From the NCBI GenBank assembly GCA_964490075.1, contig CAZBBK010000020.1, positions 1-64,000 on the forward strand: 64,000 nucleotides of DNA, read 5' to 3'. This DNA is from an uncultured Gemmatimonadota bacterium (GTDB taxonomy: Bacteria; GCA-2686955). Below, piece by piece: positions 39,254 to 51,422 of this stretch. The notes under the pieces are model-generated. The model was not told the origin of the DNA, made no database searches, and worked only from the letters and a program-made list of their open reading frames with translations. How positions within the stretch are numbered: the stretch's first letter is position 1; every line of letters starts with the position of its first letter. The translations under genes and the position numbers were made by a program.

Positions 39254-40588
39254 ATGCCGCGCACCCTGCTGATGATCAGCTATTACTACCCGCCGCTCGG
39301 GGGGATCGGCGCCCAGCGTTCGCTGAAGCTGGCCCGCTATCTGCCGCGCTTCGGCTGGCGGGCGATCGTGGTGACGCCGAGCGTCGGATCGTACGCCCTC
39401 GACCCCTCGCTCGACGAGATCGGAGAGGTGATTCGCACCCGCTCGTGGGAGCTGCCGCGTCTCCTCCGCTCGGTGGCGGCGCGCCTGCGGCCGGGCGCAG
39501 TCCCCGGGGCCGCCGCCGAGCCGGCCGACTCGCCGCAGATCGAAGGCCACCGCGGCCTGCGCAAGCTGGTGCGCACCTGGCTCTACATCCCCGACCCCTG
39601 CGTCGGCTGGCTGCCCTTCGCGCGCCGCGCCGCGTTCGCCGCCGCCGCCCGCGCCGACGCCGTCTTCTCCACCAGCTCCCCGGCCACCGCCCACCTGGCG
39701 GCCCGGGCGGTGGCCCGACGCCGCTCGCTGCCCTGGATCGCCGACTACCGCGATCTGTGGACCGATGCCCATTACCCTTTCTACGACTCGCCCTTGCGCC
39801 TGGCGATCGATCGCCGCCTGGAGGGGCGGGTGCTGGCCGATGCCCAGGCCGTCACCACCGTGAGCCGACCCTGGCGCGACACCCTGGCGCGGGGCCAGCG
39901 CGACCCGGAGCGCTTCCGGGTGATCCCCAACGGCTTCGATCCGGACGACTTCGCCGCCCTGTCCCCGCCGCGCCGGCGCCCGGGCGCGCCCAGTCCCGAA
40001 CACCCTTTCGTGCTGCTCTACGCCGGTCTCTTCTACGGTCGCCGCCAGGATCCCGACCCGCTCTTTCGTGCCCTGGCGCGGCTCTTCGAGGCCGGCCGGC
40101 TGGCGCGGGATCGGGTCCGGGTGCGGATCTACGGCGCGGCCGATCCCTATGTCGTCGACCGGGTCGATCGCCTGGGACTGGGCGACGTGGTGCAGAACCT
40201 GGGCTTTCGTCCCCACGCCGAGACCCTGGCGGCGCAGCGCGAGGCCGATGCCCTGTGGCTGATCGTGCGCGACGATCCGCGCAGTCTGGGGCACGTGCCG
40301 GGCAAGCTCTTCGAGTACATCGGCGCGGGCCGGCCGATCCTGGCGCAGGCGTCCGAGCGTGGCGAGGTGGCGCGCATCGTCGCGGACTCCGAGGCGGGCG
40401 TGGTGGTGGCGCCCGACGATTCTCCGGGACTGGACGCGGCGCTGCTGCGGCTCTATCGGGACGAGATCGCGCCGGCCTCTCCCGAGGCGCGCCTCGACCA
40501 TTCCCGGGAGCGTGTGGCGGGCCGCTTCGCCGAGCTGCTCGATTCCATGATCGGTGAGCGCCGGCATCTCCCGGCGCCGATTCGGTAG
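39254..40588 (+). CDS. GT4-like glycosyltransferase
   Basis: ISYYYPPLGGIG; WIADYRDLW; IPNGFD; PGKLFEYIGAGRPIL. Confidence 0.9.
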   Translation: MPRTLLMISYYYPPLGGIGAQRSLKLARYLPRFGWRAIVVTPSVGSYALDPSLDEIGEVIRTRSWELPRLLRSVAARLRPGAVPGAAAEPADSPQIEGHRGLRKLVRTWLYIPDPCVGWLPFARRAAFAAAARADAVFSTSSPATAHLAARAVARRRSLPWIADYRDLWTDAHYPFYDSPLRLAIDRRLEGRVLADAQAVTTVSRPWRDTLARGQRDPERFRVIPNGFDPDDFAALSPPRRRPGAPSPEHPFVLLYAGLFYGRRQDPDPLFRALARLFEAGRLARDRVRVRIYGAADPYVVDRVDRLGLGDVVQNLGFRPHAETLAAQREADALWLIVRDDPRSLGHVPGKLFEYIGAGRPILAQASERGEVARIVADSEAGVVVAPDDSPGLDAALLRLYRDEIAPASPEARLDHSRERVAGRFAELLDSMIGERRHLPAPIR

Positions 40589-40612
40589 AATCGGGAGCGA
40601 AAGGACGCGCGT

Positions 40613-41788
40613 TTGCCCAGACCCCTCGAAGGCATCCAGGTCGTCGACTTGACCCAGCTCTTGCCGGGGGTCCTGTGCACGCAGATCCTCGGCGATCTGG
40701 GCGCCGAGGTGATCAAGGTCGAGCCGCCCGGAGAGGGCGACAAGACGCGCTGGATTCCGCCCTTCCTGGGGTGCCAGGGGGCGGTCTTCACCCTCGTCAA
40801 CCGCAACAAGCGCAGCCTCACGCTCGACTTGAAGCAGCCAGAGGGGCGCCGCATCCTGGAGCGTCTGGTGGCGCGCGCCGACGTGCTGGTCGAGGGTTTT
40901 CGACCGGGAGCGCTGGAGCGCCTCGGTGTGTCGCTGGAGCAGATGCGCGCGAGCAACCCCGCGCTGGTGACCTGCTCGGTGACCGGCTTCGGGCAAAGCG
41001 GGCCGTGGCGAGACCGCGCCGGCCACGACCTGAACTACCAGGCGCTGGCCGGACTGGTGGCCCTGGGAGCCGCTCCCGGCGGCACCCCACCCGTCCCCGG
41101 CACCCAGGTCGCCGACATCGGCGGCGGCACCTGGCCGGCGGTGGCGGGAATCCTGGCGGCCCTCTTGCAGCGCGCCGCCGGCGGGCGCGGACAGGCGGTC
41201 GACGTCTCGATGACCGAGGGCGCGGCGCTCTTCTCGGTGGTCGGCTACGCCTGCGCCGCCGCCGGGCTGCCGGCCGAGGGCCCGGAGCGGGCCGCGCTGA
41301 CCGGCGCCTTGCCGACCTATGGCCTCTATCGCTGCGCCGACGACCGCTTCATCGCCATCGGTATCCTCGGCATGATCGAGCACAAGTTCTGGGTCGCCTT
41401 CGCGCGCGCCGTCGGCCATCCCGAGTGGGCCGATCGCGACACCACCGGTGAGTCGATGCGTCGCGACCTCGAGGCTCTCTTCGCCACCCGGCCGCGCGAC
41501 GAATGGTGTGCGTTGCTGGAAGGCGACGACCAGTGCGTGGCGCCGGTGCTCGATCCCGCCGAAGTGTCGCGACACCCGCAGATGCGCGAGCGCGGCCTGT
41601 TCTTCGACTGCCCCGACGGCTCCGGCGGCACGATTCCCGCCCTGGCGACACCTTTTCAGCTCTCGGCGCTCGACCAGGCAGCGCACCGACCGCCGCCCGC
41701 GCTGGGCGCCGACACCGATGCGATCCTTGCCGAGCTGGGGATCGAGGGCGGGGAGCTCGCGGGCCTTCGCGAGCGCGGCGTCGTCTGA
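40613..41788 (+). CDS. CaiB/BaiF family III CoA-transferase (or alpha-methylacyl-CoA racemase)
   Basis: LGDLGAEVIKVE; NRNKRS; EGFRPG; GHDLNY; ADIGGG. Confidence 0.92.
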   Translation: MPRPLEGIQVVDLTQLLPGVLCTQILGDLGAEVIKVEPPGEGDKTRWIPPFLGCQGAVFTLVNRNKRSLTLDLKQPEGRRILERLVARADVLVEGFRPGALERLGVSLEQMRASNPALVTCSVTGFGQSGPWRDRAGHDLNYQALAGLVALGAAPGGTPPVPGTQVADIGGGTWPAVAGILAALLQRAAGGRGQAVDVSMTEGAALFSVVGYACAAAGLPAEGPERAALTGALPTYGLYRCADDRFIAIGILGMIEHKFWVAFARAVGHPEWADRDTTGESMRRDLEALFATRPRDEWCALLEGDDQCVAPVLDPAEVSRHPQMRERGLFFDCPDGSGGTIPALATPFQLSALDQAAHRPPPALGADTDAILAELGIEGGELAGLRERGVV

Positions 41789-42801
41789 TGCTGGAGGGGA
41801 TCGTCGTGCAGGCCTACGGCAGCAGCTACGGCGTAGAGGTCGCCGAGCTGGGGACGGTCGACTGTAGCTTGCGCGGCCGTCATCGTCTGGCGGGCGAGGC
41901 GGTCACCAGTCCGGTCGCGGTGGGGGATCGGGTGCGGCTGCGGCGCGCGGGCGGGGATGGCGGCCAGGTGCAGGGGGTGATCGAGGAGATCCTGCCGCGG
42001 CGTAACAAGATCAGCCGCAGCGCCGCCGGCGAGGTGCCGCGCGAGCAGGTGCTGGCGGCCAACATCGACGGAGTGGCGGCGATCTTCGCCTTCCGCGGTC
42101 CGCGCGCCGATCCGCGCCTGGCGCAACGTCTGCTGCTGGCGGCCGAGTCCGGCGGGGTGACGCCGGTCCTGGTACTGAACAAGCTCGACCTGGCCCGGCG
42201 TCGCGATCTGCGGGCGGCCGAAGAGCTGGCCACGATCCTGGCGCCGACGGACTACCGCGTGCTGCACACCTCCGCCGCCACCGGCGCCGGTCTCGACCAG
42301 CTTCGGATCTGGATGGAGGGCAAGATCTGCGCCTTCGTGGGTCCCTCCGGCGCGGGCAAGTCGAGCCTGGCCAACGCGCTGGCGCCTGGACTCGAGCTCC
42401 GGGTCGGCGCCGTCTCGGCGAAGACCGGGCGCGGCCGCCACACCACCACCCGCGCGTCGCTGGTCGAGCTGCCCTTCGGCGCCCGGCTGGTCGACACCCC
42501 GGGGATCGGCATGCTCGATATCTGGGGCGTCGAGCCCGAGGCGCTGCTCGACTGGTTCCCCGACCTGGCGCCCTTCGCGGGGGAGTGCGCGTGGCGCAAC
42601 TGCGGCCACCGCAGCGACGAGCAGGGCTGCGCCCTGGCCGAGGCGGTGGCGCGCGGCGAGATCGAGGCGGCGCGCCTGGCCTTGTTCCGCGATGTCCATG
42701 CGATGCTGGTCGAGCGACGCGCGCGCTGGGAGCAGTACGAAGGCGAGGGAGCGAAGCCGCCTCCCGAGGACGACTGGGAGGAGCGCTGGTTGGACGAGTG
42801 A
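41788..42801 (+). CDS. rsgA: Ribosome small subunit-dependent GTPase A
   Basis: VAVGDRV; AANID; NKLDL; GPSGAGKSS; GRHTTT; DTPG; CAWRNCGH...GC. Confidence 0.95.
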   Translation: MLEGIVVQAYGSSYGVEVAELGTVDCSLRGRHRLAGEAVTSPVAVGDRVRLRRAGGDGGQVQGVIEEILPRRNKISRSAAGEVPREQVLAANIDGVAAIFAFRGPRADPRLAQRLLLAAESGGVTPVLVLNKLDLARRRDLRAAEELATILAPTDYRVLHTSAATGAGLDQLRIWMEGKICAFVGPSGAGKSSLANALAPGLELRVGAVSAKTGRGRHTTTRASLVELPFGARLVDTPGIGMLDIWGVEPEALLDWFPDLAPFAGECAWRNCGHRSDEQGCALAEAVARGEIEAARLALFRDVHAMLVERRARWEQYEGEGAKPPPEDDWEERWLDE

Positions 42802-42804
42802 CCG

Positions 42805-43848
42805 TCAGCCCCAAACCCCCCGCATCGCCTCGATCGCCGCGTCGATCCCCCTCTCGTCCACGTCGAGATGGGTAAGGGCGCGGATCGTCGTCGGGGCGGT
42901 GGCGGTGACCCAGACTCCGGCGGCGCGTAGTCCCGTCACGATCTCGTTGGCGCTCCGCCCGGAGCCGCCGAGATGTGCATAGACCATGTTGGTCTGCACC
43001 GCCTCGAGGTCGATCTCGACCCCGGGCAGAGCGGCCCACGCCTCGGCCAGACGCCGCGCCCGAGCATGATCCTGCGCCAATCGCTCGACATGGTGCTCCA
43101 GAGCGTGAATCCCCGCCGCCGCCAGCACACCGGCCTGGCGCATCCCGCCCCCGAGGCGCTTGCGCACTCGATGCGCGCGCCGGATGAAATCCCGGCTGCC
43201 GGCGACCAGACTTCCGACGGGGCAACCCAGCCCTTTGCTCAGACAGACCGATACCGAGTCGAAGGGGGCGGCGATTCGCTCGGCCGGCTCGCCGAGCGCG
43301 ACGGCGGCGTTGAAGCAACGGGCGCCGTCCAGGTGCAGGGCCAGGCCATGGCGCCGGGCGACAGTCGCGATCTCTTGCAGGCGCTCCACCGAGTAGACCG
43401 TGCCGCCGGCGCGGTTGTGGCTGTTCTCGATCCAGACCAGCCGCGTCTCCGGGAAATGGGAGAGCCCAGCGGGTGGCCGGATCGCCGCCTCCACCGCATC
43501 CGCGGTCACCAGGCCCCGCTCGCCGGCCAGACCCCAGATCGACACCCCCGCCAGGGCCGCGTAGCCGGCGGCCTCGTAGAGGAAGAGATGGGAGTCCTGC
43601 TCCAGAATCAGCTCGTCGCCGGGCCGGGTGTGGGACTGCAGCGCCACCTGGTTGGCCATGGTCCCGGAGGGGACCAAGAGGGCCGCCTCCTTGCCGAGCC
43701 GTTCGGCGCACAGCTCCTGGAGTCGGAGCACGGTCGGATCGTCACCGAAAACGTCGTCTCCCACCTCCGCTCGAGCGATCGCCCGGCGCATGGCCGGAGT
43801 CGGTCGGGTGACGGTGTCGGAGCGAAGATCGGCGATCGGGGCTGTCAT
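42805..43848 (-). CDS. ltaE: Low-specificity L-threonine aldolase
   Basis: [53 protein letters not shown]. Confidence 0.95.
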   Translation of the reverse strand: MTAPIADLRSDTVTRPTPAMRRAIARAEVGDDVFGDDPTVLRLQELCAERLGKEAALLVPSGTMANQVALQSHTRPGDELILEQDSHLFLYEAAGYAALAGVSIWGLAGERGLVTADAVEAAIRPPAGLSHFPETRLVWIENSHNRAGGTVYSVERLQEIATVARRHGLALHLDGARCFNAAVALGEPAERIAAPFDSVSVCLSKGLGCPVGSLVAGSRDFIRRAHRVRKRLGGGMRQAGVLAAAGIHALEHHVERLAQDHARARRLAEAWAALPGVEIDLEAVQTNMVYAHLGGSGRSANEIVTGLRAAGVWVTATAPTTIRALTHLDVDERGIDAAIEAMRGVWG

Positions 43849-43938
43849 GGGGCACCTTTGCGGCTGAGGCGGGATCGAGTCGCGAGAATACGACGGACGG
43901 AGATCGACCCACACAGAACCGGAGTGATGGCGGCCACT

Positions 43939-44131
43939 GCGTCATTATGAATCAGCGCAGGCTCGATGAGTCATCTTGATTGAGTCAAAATGACCAGTTT
44001 CCTGATTCCGTCGGCGGCGCGCCGGTCACCTCCAGGTCGGGAAATGCAGGCGCATTGTATTGCAGCGCAGCTATTTAGCCTATAGACGACGGTGTCAAGT
44101 GAGCATGTCCTTCGGTCGGCACGAGGCTTGC
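43939..44131 (+). promoter_or_regulatory. Sigma54-type promoter with upstream activator-like sites
   Basis: CGGCACGAGGCTTGC (GG-N10-GC) at 44117-44131; three GxGTCA-N3-TGA sites at 43939, 43968 and 43982. Confidence 0.6.
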
Positions 44132-44226
44132 CGTGCAACCCGACAAGCACGAACGCCCCCGGTCGCCTGAGGTGGCGGTCCGATCCTCCGCCGGGCCTGG
44201 GGCCCTGCGGCCACCAGGAGATATCC

Positions 44227-46203
44227 ATGACTTGGCAGAAGAGAGCAATGATCGTAGCGACCATGGCCGGCGCGTGATCGGCCGGCGCCGTCGCGACACC
44301 TCTAGAAGAGATCCCTTTCCAGGGACGGCTGACCGACCAGTTCGGCGATCCCGTAAACGATGTCGTCATGATCGACTTGGCGCTCTACGAAGACGAGATC
44401 GGAGGCGTTGCCGTCTTCACCGAGGTCTATCAGGCGATCGATGTGGTCGACGGATTGTACGAGTTGCGGATCGGCTCCCTGGCCGACCTCTCGGGCGTCT
44501 CCTTCGATGCTCCCCTCTACCTGGGACTTTCAGTGAACGGGGACTCGGAGATGGTTCCGCGACTGGCCCTGGGCGCGGCGCCAGTCGCGTTCCACGCGCG
44601 AGACGTCGAGGGTCGCGACATCGATCCGCGGACGGTCTCGATCGAGGGCTACGGGCTGGTGGTGGACGAGATCGGCCAGTGGGTCGGGGACCCGACCGGT
44701 CTCGAGGGGCCCACCGGACCGACGGGGCCGCGGGGTCTCCAAGGCGCCGCAGGCCCACCTGGGCCGAGTGGACCGGGGGGGCCGGCAGGGCCATCCGGGC
44801 CGGCGGGGGCGGATGGTGCGACAGGGCCGTCCGGGCCATCTGGGCCGGCGGGACCCGCTGGACCCTCCGGCCCCGCGGGAGACAGCCAGTGGACCGAGGG
44901 GGCGAGCGGGATCTCCTATACGGGGGGCCTGGTGGGCATCGGAACCATCGACCCGGGCGACGACCTTCATGTCGTCGGTTCGATTGATCTCGGTGGGGTT
45001 ACCGTGGCGCCCTCCGCAGTAGTGGACGGTTCCTCGGAGCTCTGCCTCGCCGAGAACTACAACGCTCTCCACGGCATGAGTCTGCGGTACGATGGCGTGG
45101 AAAATCGGCTTCAGGTTTTCGGCAACGTGTATGGGGAGCGCTACGGACCACACCTCTCGATCGAGCGCCATAGCGGCAAAAATGGAGCGGGCACGGAATC
45201 TCCGGAAGCCGATCTGCATCTCGTAGGTAGCGACACCCTCGGGACACTGGCGGTCTCACCTGCCTCGACAAGCGACGGCGCCTCGGAGTTCGTTCTTGGA
45301 CAGAGCCGCGACGACACGCTCGGCGTTACCCTGCGCTACTCCACGGATTATGACGAGCTCTCCTTCTACGGTCGGGGAACAGACGCCATGCAAGACCCGC
45401 TCATGACCCTGGGTCTAGGGACCAAGAGTGTGGGGGTGGGGTATTGGCCCAGTTCCGGATGTCGTTTTCAAGCAAAAAAGGATGAGATCAATGTCGCTGG
45501 CCTTTTCGATGCCACGGCACCTGCTGGTGACAATAAGGCTGTGCAGGGGTACGCGATGAACGGCTCTTGGAATTACGCAGGGTACTTCATCGCGTACGGA
45601 AACGCGACCGGCATGTACTCGAGCGGATCGACGCTGGGCGCCCATATCGTCGGTGGTTGCGACGGTTGCAACAGCTCCGACGAGGCCATGGCCGCCGCCA
45701 CGATCGGTGCCGTGATCGACGGCGGCGACGAAGCCGATGCGCTCGCCACCTACAAGCGGGGGAGCTCCATCCACACTGGAGCGGAGTATCGCCTGGTCGA
45801 GACGAGCGAGGGCAAGGAGCTCCTGCCGACCCTGCACACGGTACAGGAAGAGGTGGTCTGGCACGGAAAGGCACGCCTGGTCGATGGCGAGCTCGATATC
45901 GAGTTCCCCGCGGGCGCCCGTGAGCTTCTTTCTCCCGATGTGCCCGTGGAAGTGTTGGTAACACCGGTGGGCGCCCCCGCCCTCGTCTTCGTGAGCGAAG
46001 TATGGATCGACGGGTTCACCGTGGAACGGGTGCCGCTGCCCGGAGTCGCGGGCGCAGAGGGCGAGGTCGAGCTCAACTGGATGGCCTTCGCGCGTTTGCG
46101 CGGTGCCGAGACTCGACGAAGGCTCTCCCCGGCCGAGGAAGCGACGATCGAGGGCGCACTCGCGCATCTGCCTGAAGCCCCGGATCCGGAGGTGGAGCGA
46201 TGA
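44227..46203 (+). pseudogene. Secreted collagen-like / fibre-like protein with an in-frame TGA at codon 17
   Basis: CAGGAG RBS, ATG 44227, signal peptide interrupted by TGA 44275-44277; the same frame continues IPFQGRLTD...; GXY repeats ~44690-44885; open to 46203. Confidence 0.75.
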
Positions 46204-46823
46204 GCCCGCGCCCGTCCTTCTCGAGCGCAGGGGCGCGACCGTGGCGCTGGCCGCCTCTGGCCGCAGCGCTCGCCATTGCGACCCTCCAGGCTCCGCTGGC
46301 AACGGCCGCCGCACCGCAAAGTGAAAACTATGTCCTCAGTGCCGCCCACGCGGGCGGCGGCGGGGGGCTTGCTATTGGCGACACTTTCGATGGATTCGGC
46401 GTGGTCGCGGAGGCGCTCACCGGCGAGGGCGCCAGCCCCCTCTACCAGACCACGGCGGGTTTGTTGGCGGCGACCCTGACCGAGCCGCCCGCCCCCGCCG
46501 GGATCGAAGTCACGGTCTCGAACACCCCGGACTCGGTGGCCCTGGGATCGGCGGCGAGCTGGGACGCCACGGTCCGAAACCTCGGCAGCGATATGGAGGA
46601 TTTCGACTCCGCGCGGATCGATGTCACCGGCTCCGTATCCACCTCGATCCCCCTCTACTCCGGCCCGATCATCGCGCTGCCGCCAGGGGGAAGCATCACG
46701 CAACCGGTCTCGGTACCGGTGCCGCTCTCCGCCCCCCTCGGCAACTACGCGGTCGCCACAGTGGTGGCCTATCTGGGCAGCGATCTCGATTCCGCTGAGT
46801 TCACGACCGAAGTGGTCCCGTAG
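46200..46823 (+). CDS. Secreted protein, partner of the collagen-like gene, with an Ig-like C-terminal domain
   Basis: Signal peptide; SENYVL...GGGGG; ATGA-coupled to the upstream gene. Confidence 0.75.
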   Translation: MSPRPSFSSAGARPWRWPPLAAALAIATLQAPLATAAAPQSENYVLSAAHAGGGGGLAIGDTFDGFGVVAEALTGEGASPLYQTTAGLLAATLTEPPAPAGIEVTVSNTPDSVALGSAASWDATVRNLGSDMEDFDSARIDVTGSVSTSIPLYSGPIIALPPGGSITQPVSVPVPLSAPLGNYAVATVVAYLGSDLDSAEFTTEVVP

Positions 46824-46840
46824 CGAACAGGAGACGAGCC

Positions 46841-47209
46841 ATAATCTACAACAAGAGACAGATCCTCGCGGCGACCATCGCGTGCGCCTAGGCAGCCATC
46901 GCCACGGCGACACCGGTTGACGAGAGCCCTTTTCAGGGACGGCTGACCGACCAGTTCGGCGATCCCGCAAACGAGGTCGATGCGATTCGCCGCCGCTGGC
47001 AGTCGTTGCTGCGCAACAGCGACGAGATCCGCTTCCAGGGGCTGCTGGCCCCGGGGGTGGACAATCGGATGAGCGTCACGGAATGGCGCACCGGCCCGAG
47101 GCGATCGCGAGCACTACTCGCCCCGAGGCCACGCTGCGTGTTCCGGGCGACTACCCGACGATCCGGACCGCCATCGACGCGGCCCAAAACGGCGATCGGG
47201 CGCTGGTGA
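46841..47209 (+). pseudogene. Decayed paralog of the 5' end of the 44227 gene
   Basis: CAGGAG RBS; ATA in place of ATG; TAG at codon 17; ~46928-46979 nearly identical to 44314-44365 ([13 protein letters not shown]). Confidence 0.7.
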
Positions 47210-47637
47210 AGCCTGGTACCTACGCGGTACATCTGCGGTTCTGGGGGAAGGCGATCCTGGTGACCGGAGTCGAACCGGGGGACAGCACGGTCGCAGCCAT
47301 CACCACGCTGGTCGCGGACTCCAGCGGTCCGATTCTGAGCTTCCGGGATGTTGAGGATCGGAAAAGCTCGGTGCGCGCTCTGACGGTCAGCGGCCAGGGT
47401 CGGTCGCGCGAAGGCACGGGTTTGCTCTGCGAGAACGCCTTGCCGACGGTGGTCTCCTGCATCTTCCGAAATCACCGGAGGGAGTCGTTCGGCCAACTCC
47501 AAGGAGAAGCGGTACATGTCACGGGCGGAGAACCCGCTTTCGTCGGCTGTCGTTTCTTCGACAACGAGCTGGACGGCGCCTACTTCGTCGATGGCAGTGC
47601 CCTCAATCGGGGCTGGATCTCGGCCTTCGAGCGCTGA
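47083..47637 (+). pseudogene. Fragment of a beta-helix secreted protein
   Basis: ATLRVPGDYPTIRTAIDAAQNGD...PGTY...GKAILV; no signal peptide or good start; ends early. Confidence 0.6.
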
Positions 47638-47723
47638 GCTTGCGTGGGACCGCGTCGGTTCATGCGACAAGGCGAGGTGCAGCACGATTGGCCCGCGGTG
47701 GATCGCGGGCGCGCCCGCGCGAA

Positions 47724-47752
47724 TTGACTTCGCGCCCTTGCGTGAGTACCGT
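47724..47752 (+). promoter_or_regulatory. Putative sigma70 promoter of the inositol operon
   Basis: TTGACT-17 nt-TACCGT. Confidence 0.4.
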
Positions 47753-47814
47753 CGAGGACTTTGCCGTCTGCGGCGCGCCCGCCGCTCGGCACTCCGCATC
47801 GCTTGGGCCCGAAC

Positions 47815-48480
47815 ATGTTGAATCGCACCATCCGCAGCGAGTACGAGGACTTCACCCTGGCATGGGGAAGACTCTGTGCGGCGGCCGGCGTGACCCCCAA
47901 CATGATCACCCTCGCCAGCGTGTTGATCGCGGTCGGCTCCTGCTACTTCTTCGCGATCAACCGTATCTTCATCGCCCTGGTCCTCTTCGGCCTGACGGGC
48001 CTGCTCGACATGCTCGACGGCGCCACCGCGCGCGCCAGCGGTCGGGTCACGCGCTACGGCAAGGTCCTCGACATGGTGTCGGACCGCTACGCCGAGTTCT
48101 TCTTCCTCTTGGGGATTCTGCTCGGCGGCCGGGTGGCCGACTACTGGGTGCTGACGGCGGTCTTCGGCATGCTGATGGCGTCGTATACACGCGCCGTGGC
48201 GGAGTCGAAGGGCGGCCTCGAGAGCTGCGAAGTCGGAGTGGTCGGCCGCGCCGAGAAGATGATCATCATCGGTGTCGGCGGCCTCCTGCAGATCCTCGTC
48301 GACGCCACCTCCTTGCCTGACTTCGCGCCCTTGCAGCTGGGTGTCATCATCACCGCCGTCACCAGCCTCTACACCGCCCTGCAGCGCTTGCGCTACGCCA
48401 GCATCCAACTGAGCGTGGAGCCTTCGTCGACCGGCGCCGCCGGGGAGAGCGGCTCACAGAGCTCGGAAAGGTCCCGATGA
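47815..48480 (+). CDS. CDP-alcohol phosphatidyltransferase (phosphatidylinositol-phosphate synthase-like)
   Basis: TPNMIT; DMLDGATARASG...YGKVLDMVSDR; SYTRAVAE; GRAEK. Confidence 0.9.
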   Translation: MLNRTIRSEYEDFTLAWGRLCAAAGVTPNMITLASVLIAVGSCYFFAINRIFIALVLFGLTGLLDMLDGATARASGRVTRYGKVLDMVSDRYAEFFFLLGILLGGRVADYWVLTAVFGMLMASYTRAVAESKGGLESCEVGVVGRAEKMIIIGVGGLLQILVDATSLPDFAPLQLGVIITAVTSLYTALQRLRYASIQLSVEPSSTGAAGESGSQSSERSR

Positions 48481-49367
48481 TCCTGGGCATCGGCAACCCG
48501 GTCTATGATCTGATCGTCACCGCCTACGTGCGCACCGAAGGGCGGGTGCTCTCCGGTTGCTCGACCAACGCCTGCCTGGCGCTGGCGGCGCTCGGCCATC
48601 GCACCACCCTGGTCGGCAAGGTTGGCGACGACTACCACGACCTCTTTATCGCCGACATGGAGCGCTTCGGCATCGGCCACCAGGTCGGTCGCTGCCGCGA
48701 GACCGGCGGCTTCCAGCTGATCTACGACGACACCGGCGACCGCACCCTCGACGTGCTCGGCATCGCCGATCCGATCGACCCGGTCGAGGAGCTGCCCGAT
48801 GATTGTCGCGCGGTGATCTTCGGTCCGATCCTCGGCGAGTGCGGCGTGGAGCACATGCGGGCGGTCGCCGAGCGATCCGACGCCTTGCGGGTGCTCGACG
48901 TGCAGGGGCTGATGCGGGTGCTCGAGGGGCGCCGCATCCTGCGCGTCGCCGGCCCCGCGGTCGACGAGGGGATCTCGCTCAGCCACGTCGCCAAGCCGAA
49001 CGAGCACGAGGCACGCATCATCACCGACATCGATCCCCGCCACGATCCCCAGCGCTGCGTGCGCGAGATCCACGCCCGCGGCTGCCAGATCGCCGTCGTG
49101 ACCCTGGCCGAAGCGGGCTCGGTGATCTTCGACGGCTCGACCTATCTCGAGATCCCGCCCTACGAGACCCTGGCCCGCGACTCCACCGGCGCTGGTGATA
49201 CCTACATGGCCGGCTTCGTGCACGCCTACCTGGCCCACGGCGGCGCCGCGCTCGACCTGGCCGGCCGCTGGGGCTCGGCCGTTTCATCGGTGATGATCGA
49301 GCACACCGGACCCGATTTCGGCCTCACCACCGAAGAGGCCCAGCGGCGGGTCACCAGCATCTCCTAG
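48477..49367 (+). CDS. PfkB/ribokinase-family kinase (possible inositol kinase)
   Basis: KPNEHE; VTLAEAGS; DSTGAGDTYMAGF. Confidence 0.9.
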   Translation: MILGIGNPVYDLIVTAYVRTEGRVLSGCSTNACLALAALGHRTTLVGKVGDDYHDLFIADMERFGIGHQVGRCRETGGFQLIYDDTGDRTLDVLGIADPIDPVEELPDDCRAVIFGPILGECGVEHMRAVAERSDALRVLDVQGLMRVLEGRRILRVAGPAVDEGISLSHVAKPNEHEARIITDIDPRHDPQRCVREIHARGCQIAVVTLAEAGSVIFDGSTYLEIPPYETLARDSTGAGDTYMAGFVHAYLAHGGAALDLAGRWGSAVSSVMIEHTGPDFGLTTEEAQRRVTSIS

Positions 49368-49386
49368 ATCCCCGGAGTTTTCCACG

Positions 49387-50706
<1,320 letters not shown>

Positions 50707-50710
50707 GCCT

Positions 50711-51358
50711 TTGTCTGGCCTATTCCTGAGCTTCGAAGGGATCGAGGGCTCGGGGAAGTCGACCCAGTGCGCCGCGCTGGCCGCCGAGCTCCGGCGCCGC
50801 GGGCGCGATGTGGTCGAGACCCGAGAGCCCGGGGGACTCGGCGTCGAAGCATCCGAGGCGATCCGCGCCCTGCTGCTCGACCCGAAGATGAGGCTCCACG
50901 CCCGAGCCGAGCTGCTGCTCTTCCAGGCCAGCCGGGCGCAGCACGTCGAGCAGCTGATCCGGCCGGCTTTGCAGCGCGGCGCGGTGGTGCTCTGCGATCG
51001 TTTTTGCCACGCCAGCCTGGCCTACCAGGGGGGGGGACGGGGCGTGGACCTGGACCAGGTGCGCTGGCTCAACCGCTTCGCCACCAGCGGCTTGCGCCCC
51101 GACCTGACGATCCTGCTCGATCTGGAGGCCGCCGAGGGGATCAGCCGGATCCGCGCCCGCAGCGGCGATTCCATCGATCGAATCGAGAGCGAGGCGATCG
51201 AGTTCCACCAACGGGTGCGCGACGGATACCTGCGCGAGGCCCGGTCCCCAGAGACCCGGTTTTTGGTGCTCGACGCCACCCTGCCGCGCGCCCAGCTCGG
51301 CGCCCGCATTCTGGCGGCGATCGAGGCGCTGGGAACCGGCAGCCGGCGCAAGACGTAG
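50711..51358 (+). CDS. tmk: Thymidylate kinase
   Basis: FEGIEGSGKSTQ; TREPGG; VLCDRF; SLAYQGGGRG; PDLTILLD. Confidence 0.95.
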   Translation: MSGLFLSFEGIEGSGKSTQCAALAAELRRRGRDVVETREPGGLGVEASEAIRALLLDPKMRLHARAELLLFQASRAQHVEQLIRPALQRGAVVLCDRFCHASLAYQGGGRGVDLDQVRWLNRFATSGLRPDLTILLDLEAAEGISRIRARSGDSIDRIESEAIEFHQRVRDGYLREARSPETRFLVLDATLPRAQLGARILAAIEALGTGSRRKT

Positions 51359-51422
51359 CCAAGCCTGCGCCCGGCCGAAGATCGGCCGATGATAAGATGG
51401 ACACCAATCCCTGGGCCTCGAC

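Noticed and set aside
44275-44277. In-frame TGA as selenocysteine or genome-wide recoding
   Set aside because: It lies in a signal peptide, not a redox motif; the paralog has TAG at the same site; TGA is the normal stop for many conserved genes here
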